DNA from: Candidatus Eiseniibacteriota bacterium
GTDB taxonomy: Bacteria > Eisenbacteria > RBG-16-71-46 > CAVPCR01
Reading direction: 5' to 3'
NCBI GenBank assembly: GCA_963702435.1
Contig: CAVPCR010000004.1
Span: 370,829-434,828 of the forward strand
DNA: 64,000 nt
Shown here: piece after piece, positions 56,211 to 64,000 of the stretch
How the letters are laid out: every line of letters begins with the position of its first letter
How positions within the stretch are numbered: position 1 is the first letter of the stretch
Program-made: the position numbers and the translations under genes
Notes under the pieces: generated by a model
What the model was told of the DNA's origin: nothing
Databases searched by the model: none
What the model saw: only the letters and a program-made list of their open reading frames with translations

Positions 56211-57465
56211 TCATCCGGCGGCTGTCGGCCGCCAATCCACTCTGGGGAGCACCGAGGATTGTCGGCGAGCTCGCCAAGATCGGAATCGCCGTGACCAAGG
56301 CCACGGTCGAGAAGTACACGCTCGCCAACTGGCATCCCCACCTGCACGTGCTCGCCACCGACGGCGCCTTTCGGCCCGACGGCACGTTCGTGCCGCTCGG
56401 TGTTCACTCGCTCGCGGTGCTGACCGAGGCTTTCCGCCGCGCCGTGCTCCGCGCCTTCGTCCAGCGCGGCCTGTTCAGCGCCGAGGTGGCCGCCTCCATG
56501 CTCGCCTGGCCCCACTCCGGCTTCCATGTCCACAACGCCGTGCGGCTCGATGGGGATGACCTCGGCGGCCTCTTGCCGCTCGCTCGCTACGCAGCCCGCG
56601 CCCCCCTCGCCCTCACCCGCATCACCTACGACGCTGCAAAGCCGCAGGTCCTGGTTGCCTCCGACAAGGCCGAAGGGCCCACCGCCGGGACGCATGCCTT
56701 CGCTCCTCTCGACTTCCTTGCCCAGCTCCTCACCCACATCCCGCGCCAGGGCGAACACCTCGTGCGCTACTACGGCGCGTATGCGAGCCGCACCCGCGGC
56801 ACCTGGCGCCGGCAAGGGATCGGCCCCTGGGTCGAGCGGCAGCGCGGCGAGGGGGACGCGGAGGACGAGCCACCGGGTGCACCCCGCGATGCCAACGCTG
56901 ATCCTGGCGGTGACCCGGTGGTGCCACCTCCGGAACCGCTATCCCCATCGCGGGCCGCGCTCAGGAAGCGCTGGGCGGAACTCCTCCGTCGCCTCTACGA
57001 GGTCGATCCGCTGAGTTGCCCGCGGTGCGGGGGCGAGATGCGGATCATCGCCTTCCTCCTCGATCCACCGGTGATCGACGCCATCCTCCGCCACCTCCGC
57101 CGCGCTGCCTACGACGCGCGGGCCGGCCCGTGGGCGGAGGTGGTTGGGAGCAATGCGGTGGCGGGGGACGCCGGCCCGGCGGGGTGCGGCTAGCCCGGCC
57201 GGCCGCGGCCAGCGCGCGGTTTGGGGTGCTGCCGATCACCATCGGCAGCGCAAGGGGAGAGGTGCGCCCAGCCGCGACCGGGCGTCGGTCGGCGGGGCCG
57301 CATCGCGGTGCGGCGGCCGCGGCCACCCCGCGGCAACGTCGGGCCACGACGCGCAGTCGCCGGTCACGCCACGCCGCGGACGCCTCCCGGTCGGTCGCGC
57401 GCGCGGCTTGGCTCCCCCTTCTCCTCCTCCTCCCAGGCTATTGACGAAAGGAAATTCCTATCCCT
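56211..57465 (+). repeat. Direct repeat copy B (1,255 bp)
   Basis: See copy A. It starts inside the integrase remnant (TCATCCGGCGGCTGTCGG...) and ends ...TTCCTATCCCT. Confidence 0.9.
56291..57193 (+). pseudogene. IS91-family transposase C-terminal fragment, copy B
   Basis: 300-aa ORF identical to copy A apart from substitutions such as MRAWPH/MLAWPH and GDQED/GDAED. It begins within the residual integrase codons (MTKATVEKYT/LANWHPHLHV). Confidence 0.75.
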
Positions 57466-57896
57466 GAGATGCGGATCATCGCCTTCCTCCTCGATCCACC
57501 GGTGATCGACGCCATCCTCCGCCACCTCCGCCGCGCTGCCTACGACGCGCGGGCCGGCCCGTGGGCGGAGGTGGTTGGGAGCAATGCGGTGGCGGGGGAC
57601 GCCGGCCCGGCGGGGTGCGGCTAGCCCGGCCGGCCGCGGCCAGCGCGCGGTTGGGGGTGCTGCCGATGATGATCGGTTGCGCGAGGGGAGAGGCGCGCCC
57701 TGCGGGGATCGGGTGTCGCTCGGCGGGGCCGCTTCGCGGTGCGGCGGCCGCGGCCACCCCGCGGCAACGTCGGGCCACGACGCGCAGTCGCCGGTCACGC
57801 CACGCCGCGGTCGCCTCCCGGTCGGTCGCGCGCACCACCTCGCTCCCCGTTCTCCTCCTCCTCCCGGGCTATTGACGAAAGGAAATTCCTATCCCT
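57466..57896 (+). repeat. Partial tandem copy B' (last about 150 bp of the transposase gene plus tail), diverged
   Basis: It restarts at GAGATGCGGATCATCGCC (equivalent to 48763 in copy A) and runs to a second ...GACGAAAGGAAATTCCTATCCCT. About 90% identical to B by eye. Confidence 0.85.
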
Positions 57897-57910
57897 TATC
57901 CCTTATCCCT
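57890..57910 (+). repeat. TATCCCT x 3 microrepeat at the repeat terminus
   Basis: Read directly. Copy C has TATCCC x 2 at the equivalent point (43670-43681). Confidence 0.85.
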
Positions 57911-58625
57911 GCGGCCAGAAGGGGCTCGTCGTGATGCCCCAGGTCCTCGCGAACACCTCGGGGAGGACGAGCATCGCCATGTCGCAGCGCACCCCGTCGC
58001 ACTGGTGGGCGATACGGGACAGCTCGCCGAGCATCGCCTCCTGCAAGGCGGGGTTGCCGTAGTTCAACTGGAAGGTGTCGGGCCAGCCGTCAAAGTAAGG
58101 GTCGCGGCCGTACGCGAGGATCCGGTTCCCGGCGCGCGCCCAGTTCTGGGGCTCGGCCGCGAGCTTCGCCTCGGTCCCGGCCACGAAGTACTCGGCGTGC
58201 TCCGCCACCCACCGGTGGTCCGGCGCCATGTGGTTGGGGACGAAATCGAGGATCAGGCGGAGATCGCGGCGCCGGAGCCTCTCGCGCAGGCGGGCGAGAG
58301 CCTGATCACCGCCGAAGTCCTCGTGGACTCGGTAGTCGCGCACCGCGAAGCACGAGCCCGTGACGTCGGCCTCTGAGAAATCGGGCAGCACCCGCCGATA
58401 CTCGGCGAGCCACTCGGGCTTCGACCGGGAGACGCGCCGCGCGGCGTCCCCCGTCTGCCAAACGCCGAGGAACCAGACGAGGTCGAAGCCGTTCTCGGCC
58501 AGTTGGTCGAGCTCCTCATCCGTCACATCGTCGAGCGTCGCCGGGCGGCGGAGCTCCCGCGAGAGCTCCGCCAGCCTGACGCGCGTGTTGATCTGGAAGA
58601 GCGACGGGTACCGTGGTGAGGACAT
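57903..58625 (-). pseudogene. GH13 alpha-amylase-family glycosidase, 3'-truncated
   Basis: ...FDLVWFLGVWQTG...LILDFVPNH...GVRCDMAM... are GH13 regions I, II and III. The ORF runs into the TATCCCT repeats (…PFWPQG-stop) well before the expected end. Confidence 0.7.
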
Positions 58626-58646
58626 CGCCGCCTCCTGGCACCCGGC

Positions 58647-61389
58647 CTAGCCCCCGCCCACTTGCTGGCGGACCAGATCGGTCAGCACCTTCCCCTTCGA
58701 CTCCCGGAGCACGGTCTCGGCGTCAAGGCGTCCGAACATGTCGAGGAGGCGGGCGACGACGCCCGTCCAGCCCGTCTGGTGGCTTGCGCCGAGGCCGGCG
58801 CCGTTGTCGCCGTGGAAGTACTCGTAGAAGAGGATCAGGTCCCGCCAGTGCGGGTCGGTCTGGAACTTCTCCGTTCCTCCGTACAGGGGACGGCGGCCGT
58901 TCTCGTCACGGAGGAAGATCGACGCGAGGCGCCGCGAGATCTCCTTGGCAACCGCGAAGAGCGTCATCCGCTTCCCGGACCCCGTCGGGCACTCGACCGT
59001 GAAGTCATCGCCGTAGAAGGCATAGAGGTTGAGGAGCGCGCGGACTATCAGAGCGTTCACGGGCATCCAGATCGGGCCCCGCCAGTTCGAGTTGCCCCCG
59101 AACATCCCGGTGTCCGACTCCGCCGGCACGTACGTCACGTCGTAGCGCTGCCCCGCCACGTCGAAGACGAACGGATGGTCCTTGTGGTGCCGCGACAACG
59201 ACCGGATGCCGTACGGGCTCAGGAACTCGCGCTCGTCGAGCATGTATCCGAGGACGCGCTCGAGCTTCTTGCGGTTCAGGACGGAGAGGAGACGGCGGTT
59301 CGCGTATCCGATGAACCCCTCCTCCGTCGGGGCCACGTGCGCGAGGACCTCGGGGTGCCGCTGCCGGAAGAGCGCGATCAGATCACGGAGCTTCGGGTAA
59401 CGTTCGAGAAGATCCCCCTCGAAGACCGTGGACGAGCAGAGGGGCAGGAGCCCCACCAGCGAGCGGATCTTGAGCCGCATCGCGCCGCCGTCCGGTAGCC
59501 GCAAGAGGTCGTAGAAGAAGCCGTCCTCTTCGTCCTACATCTCGTCCTTGTGCTTGCCGGGACGGTCCATGGCGTACGAGATCCAGATGAAGTGCTGGAG
59601 GAAGCGGTAGGCGTGCTCCTCGTACACCGGGTCCTCCTCGGCGAGGACAAGGGCGGTCTCGAGCATGTTCTGGCAGTAGAAGGCCATCCAGGCGGTCCCG
59701 TCCGCCTGCTCGAGGGACCCTCCCGTGGGGAGCGGCGCACTCCGATCGAAGATGCCGATGTTGTCGAGGCCGAGGAACCCGCCCGCGAAGACGTTCCGCC
59801 CGTCGGGATCCTTCCGGTTCAACCACCAGTTGAAGTTCATCAGCAACCCCTGGAAGGCGCGCTCGAGAAAGATGACATCGGCGCGCCCGAGGTTCTGCTC
59901 GATCTGGTAGAGGAAGAGCGTCGCCCAGGCGTGAACCGGAGGGTTCACGTCGCTGAAGTTCCACTCGTAGGCGGGGATCTGCCCGTTCGGGTGAGCGTAG
60001 AGGCTCTGGAGCATCAGGAGGAGCTGTTCCTTGGCGAAGTCGAAGTCGACGAGCGCGAGCGACACGGTGTGGAATGCGAGATCCCATGCCGCGTACCACG
60101 GGTACTCCCACTTGTCGGGCATCGAGATCACGTCGCCGTTGAACATGTGGAACCACTCGGAGTTCCGGACTGAGCCCGGCCGGCTCCCGAGGAGCGGGTG
60201 CGCGTCGTGCTCGCCGAGCCACCGATCGACATCATAGAGATAGAACTGCTTCGACCAGAGCATCCCGGCGAGCGCCTGGCGGTGGACCCGCCGCTCGTCC
60301 TCGGTCAGCGTGCGAGGAGTGATCTTCTCGTAGAACTCGTCGGCGTCGGCGATCCGCGCCTCGACCGTCTCGTCGAAGCCCTTCCCGAAGTGGACCGCGG
60401 GGAGCACCGCTGCGAGGCGGAGCCGGACGACCTGGCACCCGCCCGCCGGCACGTCGAGCACGTACCGGGCTGCGGCCTTGGTGCCGGTCCGCGCGGGATT
60501 CACCGCAGCCGTCTCCCCGCCGACGACATAGCGGTGGAACGCGTCCTTCACGAACGGGGACGGATTGGGCTGTCCCCATAGGCGCTCGTTGTTCGTCTCG
60601 TTCTCAGTGAAGAGGAACTCCGGCTCGCCGTCACAGGCCAGCGTGTACGCGCCCAGCTCGGGATGCTCGACGCGGATCTTGACCGGCCCATCGGCCGCAA
60701 GCCGCGGCCGTTGCGCACCGGCGTCCCACGACCACGTGTTGCGGAACCAGAGCGTCGGGAGGAGGTGCAGGCGCGCCGGCTCGGGGCCGCGGTTGTGAAC
60801 GGTGACGCGGATCAGGAGATCCTCCGGACCCTCCTTGGCGTACTCGAGGATGACGTCGAAGTAGCGATCCTCGTGGAACGCCCCGGTGTCGATCAGCTCG
60901 TACTCCATCTCCTGGCGCGAGCGACCGCGGTTGGTCTCGACCAGGTCCCGGTAGGGGAACTCCCGCTGCGGGTACTTGTAGATGGACTTCATGTAGGAGT
61001 GCGTCTGGGGTCGAGTCGACGTAGAAGTAGTACTCCTTGACGTCCTCGCCGTGATTCGCCTCGCTGTTCGTCAGGCCGAAGAACCGCTCCTTGAGAATCG
61101 GGTCCTTCTCGTTCCAGAGAGCGAGGGCGAAGCAGAGGCGCTGCTTGTCGTCCGCGATCCCGCCGATGCCGTCCTCGCCCCACCGGTAGGCGCGCGAGCG
61201 CGACTGGTCGTGGGTGAAGTAGTCCCAGGCGTTGCCGTCCGCGCTGTAGTCCTCGCGGACGGTCCCCCACTGCCTCTCCGAGAGGTACGGCCCCCACTTC
61301 TTCCAGGGGATCCCCTCCTCGCGGGCGTCATTCAGTCGCTTCTGTTCGATGCACTCGGTCAAACCTGCAGGTCGCGGAGAGCGGTTCAT
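58647..61389 (-). pseudogene. GH63/MGH1-like glucosidase with one frameshift and one in-frame stop
   Basis: Three colinear ORF pieces. There is a +1 shift near 61005 (…[22 protein letters not shown]…). An in-frame TAG at 59535-59537 (…KHKDEM*DEEDGFFYDLL…) sits where I expect Trp (TGG). Confidence 0.75.
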
Positions 61390-61763
61390 AGGTCGCTCCT
61401 CATCTCGACGCCGCCATCGGGTCTCGGCGGCGCGACCAGTACTTCGAGCGTCCCCCCGCAGCCGGCGGCCATCGAATAGTCAGGGTACTCCGTTGCGGCC
61501 GCCGCGCAAGCCGTGTTCCCGGTGGCGGCGGTCTTGACCGCGCTCGGGTTCGACGTGCTCGTCGTCGCCCGGCGTGCCCGGGCCGACACGAGCACCTGGT
61601 GTCGAACGTCAGTTAGCGAGTCGATGACACAATCTTTGCCTTCTTGTCCGGCACTTCATCCCGCACCATGCTACGATGCTCGTGTCTTGGGGCGCGTAGT
61701 CATCACTGCGTGCGGGTTCGCGATGCACACTAAATTGGAGTTCCACAGCCTGGGAGAAACACG

Positions 61764-62513
61764 ATGAAGACACTGCCAACTTGCCTCCTCGTTGCGATCT
61801 CCGTGCTCGGCCTGGCCTCGCTGGCGGCAGCCCAGCAGACCCCGCGGCTGAACGAGATAGTAAGGAACGACGTCAGCACCGATGACCGCGAGTTCGTCGA
61901 GATCTGCGCCGAGCCAGGCACGAGCCTCGTCGACTACTGGATCATCGAGATCGAGGGTGAAGGGACCACCGGCAAGGGCCTGATCGACAAGGCGATCCGT
62001 CTTACCGGTACGGTCGGCGCGAGCGGGCTCTACACGATCGGCATGCCTCTGGTGACCTGCGCCGACCAGACGGACGCGCTCACGATCGAGAACGGCGGCG
62101 TCACAATTCTCCTGGTTCAGGGATTCACGGGTGCCGTCGGCACCGACCTCGACACCAACGACGACTGCGTCGCCGATGTTCCGTTCCCCGGGACCATCGT
62201 CGACGGCGTCGGCATGGGCATGCCGAGCGCCGGCGACTGCTACACCTACTACGGAGTACCGGGGTTCGGACCTGACACCGGCTCCGGCGGCACCGGCGAC
62301 TTCGACCCAGCGGGGCTCGCCCGCTGCCAGGACTGCACGGGCAACTGGGGCATGATCTGCCTCGATGGGACCGAGGGCACCCTGTTCTGCTTCGCCAACA
62401 ACCCGCAAGGGCTTTACAGCGTGGATGCGGCCTCGCCCTGCGCCCGCAACCTCTGCGGCGCGGTCCCCGTCGAGAACACGACCTGGGGTGCGATCAAGAA
62501 CACGTACAAGTAG
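61764..62513 (+). CDS. Secreted lamin-tail-domain (LTD) protein
   Basis: A signal peptide is followed by ...PRLNEIVRNDVSTDDREFVEICAEPGTSL..., which is the LTD N-terminal signature. The C-terminal half is Cys-rich. Confidence 0.65.
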   Translation: MKTLPTCLLVAISVLGLASLAAAQQTPRLNEIVRNDVSTDDREFVEICAEPGTSLVDYWIIEIEGEGTTGKGLIDKAIRLTGTVGASGLYTIGMPLVTCADQTDALTIENGGVTILLVQGFTGAVGTDLDTNDDCVADVPFPGTIVDGVGMGMPSAGDCYTYYGVPGFGPDTGSGGTGDFDPAGLARCQDCTGNWGMICLDGTEGTLFCFANNPQGLYSVDAASPCARNLCGAVPVENTTWGAIKNTYK

Positions 62514-62551
62514 GCAAGCAGAGGGCGCTCGATAGAGATGCGCACGAACGC

Positions 62552-62584
62552 GCAGCCCCGGCGGAGACCCTCCGCCGGGGCTGC
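62552..62584 (+). terminator. Strong hairpin after the LTD gene
   Basis: GCAGCCCCGGCGGA-GACCC-TCCGCCGGGGCTGC is a perfect 14-bp stem 39 nt after the stop. The U-tract is weak. Confidence 0.55.
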
Positions 62585-62619
62585 GTGCTGTACGAGGACC
62601 GCACGAGTGTTTCGCCCGA

Positions 62620-62822
62620 GCAACCCGCCGCCATCGATGGCATCGCCACGGACATGTGCCCGCCCTACATCGAGTCGACCAAGGCGTAGGTGCCGGATCC
62701 CGCGAAGAAGAGCGTTCTGGCCATCGCGCGGGTACCGCAACCGGGCTCGGTTCCGCAACGCGATCCTCTTCCATCCCGGAGACCTCGAGCTACATCCACG
62801 CCCCGCGGAAGTCATCCGATGA
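62620..62822 (+). pseudogene. ISL3-like transposase remnants
   Basis: ...IDGIATDMCPPYIESTKA(stop) and, in another frame, ...RGYRNRARFRNAILFHPGDLELHP... resemble two conserved ISL3 blocks. It is heavily deleted. Confidence 0.35.
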
Positions 62823-63018
62823 ACTCACCCGCACGAAAGCTGGAAGAGCCCCATTTAATGTCATCCTCGCATGAGATTCACGCTCCTATCGCACGCCGCC
62901 GCTAGCGTCATTCCCGGCAAGCGGAGGTGCCCCGAGTCCGGATGCTCGCGGCCGCGCGAGGGCCAGGCTCTCGGCTCCGCCTCCATCATGAGCAGGAACG
63001 TGGACAAGGGGGTATGTG

Positions 63019-64000
63019 ATGATGCGGCACTGGTTCGGAACTGGTTGCGTATTCCTGGCCTTCATGCTGTCGTTCACCGGTCTGGCGCAGGCGCAGGTCA
63101 AGAACTTCATCGTCATGATCAGTGACGGGTGGGGAGAATCGCAGATCGACGCCACCGCCTACTGGAACGGCTCCAACCCGGTCTACGAGACCGAGCCCGG
63201 CTGGACCAAGATCGGGATGAGCAACTACATGTACCAGCTGGGTAACGAGAACCCGCCCTACGGCAATCCGGGTTTCATCGGCATCCATGGTTACGATCCC
63301 GACTCGGCGTGGGCCGACTGGATGTACATGCAGAACTACGCTACCGACTCCGCCGCCGCCGCAACGGCCATGTCATGCGGAGAGAAGTCATACAACGGCG
63401 GCATCGGCTACAACTGGAATCATGTCTCGCTGACGCACATGTTCGAGCATGCAGAAGCGGCCGGCCTCTCCACGGGCGTCGTGACGACCGTGCCCCTGAG
63501 CCATGCCACCCCGGCGGCCTTCCGCGCGCACAACATCCACCGCAACAATTACGCCGAGATCGCGCGTGAGCTGTTCGCGTCTCCGCTCAAGGTCGTCATG
63601 GGCGGCGGCCACCCGAACTACGGCGAGAATGGCCAGTGGGAGCCGGGTAATCCCTCCGTTCCCGCCGACTGGCGGTACGTAGGCGGTTACGACCAGTGGA
63701 ACGACCTCGTGGCGGGCGTCGGCGGCTGGACCCTCATCGAGGAGAGGGCCGACTTCGAGGCGCTGGCCAACGGCACTCTGGTCGTCGACCGCGTCGCCGG
63801 CATTCCGCAGGTGGCTCAAACCGTGCAATACAATCGCGCGGGCATGCCGCCCTTCAACAGCACGGAGCCGCCCTACACTGTGCCCTTCATCGCGAACGTG
63901 CCGACTCTCGAGACCATGACCAGGGGCGCCCTCAACGTCCTGGAGCAGAATCCGCTCGGCTTCGCCCTGATGATCGAGGGCGGGGCCATCGACTGGGCCG
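63019..64000 (+). CDS. Alkaline phosphatase (PhoA family), 3' end outside window
   Basis: A signal peptide is followed by ...NFIVMISDGWG..., the nucleophile motif TDSAAAATAMSCGEK and ...VVTTVPLSHATPAAF... The frame is open to the window end. Confidence 0.85.
   Translation, partial: MMRHWFGTGCVFLAFMLSFTGLAQAQVKNFIVMISDGWGESQIDATAYWNGSNPVYETEPGWTKIGMSNYMYQLGNENPPYGNPGFIGIHGYDPDSAWADWMYMQNYATDSAAAATAMSCGEKSYNGGIGYNWNHVSLTHMFEHAEAAGLSTGVVTTVPLSHATPAAFRAHNIHRNNYAEIARELFASPLKVVMGGGHPNYGENGQWEPGNPSVPADWRYVGGYDQWNDLVAGVGGWTLIEERADFEALANGTLVVDRVAGIPQVAQTVQYNRAGMPPFNSTEPPYTVPFIANVPTLETMTRGALNVLEQNPLGFALMIEGGAIDWA

Overview
High-GC (by eye about 65-70%) bacterial DNA, probably from an uncultivated lineage. 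Many secreted proteins end in a FlgD-Ig/T9SS-type C-terminal sorting domain (CTD). I found no rRNA, tRNA or CRISPR array. All calls come from reading the ORF translations and the DNA by eye, with no database search, so family names are motif-level recognitions and boundaries of degraded elements are approximate.

The window has three zones.

(1) 1-37.9 kb, mostly ordinary chromosomal genes:
- a GldA/F/G-like ABC module with a DUF4340-like protein
- a CPBP protease and an M1 aminopeptidase
- a four-gene, translationally coupled module ending in a 2,721-aa protein (17 PKD repeats, ten 95-aa repeats, dockerin-like and cohesin-like segments, CTD)
- two porins, a secreted amidohydrolase and a secreted glutaminase
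- IMPase, cobyrinate a,c-diamide synthase, YjbQ, a HAD phosphatase and a CPA2 antiporter
- a coupled five-gene lipoprotein cluster with tandem paralogs
- an MgtC/DUF4010 protein

(2) 37.9-57.9 kb, a mosaic accessory island made largely of gene fragments and mobile DNA:
- six copies or part-copies of a GC-rich, hairpin-containing about 240-270 bp unit ending in GACGAAAGGAAATTCCTATCCCT; it follows truncated IS91-family (HUH/Y2) transposase genes and also occurs alone
- two >99% identical 1,255-bp direct repeats bracketing a 7-kb AT-richer cargo, which contains a three-gene TniA/TniB-like transposon
- truncated UvrD-like, SNF2-like and AbiEi-like genes
- an intact DUF4143 ATPase and an intact nucleotidyltransferase two-gene pair
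- a 15-bp x 8 tandem repeat upstream of a 739-aa lipoprotein gene

(3) 57.9-64 kb:
- a GH13 gene truncated by the repeat unit
- a GH63/MGH1-like glucosidase pseudogene with one in-frame TAG and one frameshift
- a lamin-tail-domain protein, an ISL3-like remnant and a partial alkaline phosphatase

The two strongest candidates for something undescribed are the structured repeat family with the segments it bounds, and the cohesin/dockerin-like giant-adhesin module.
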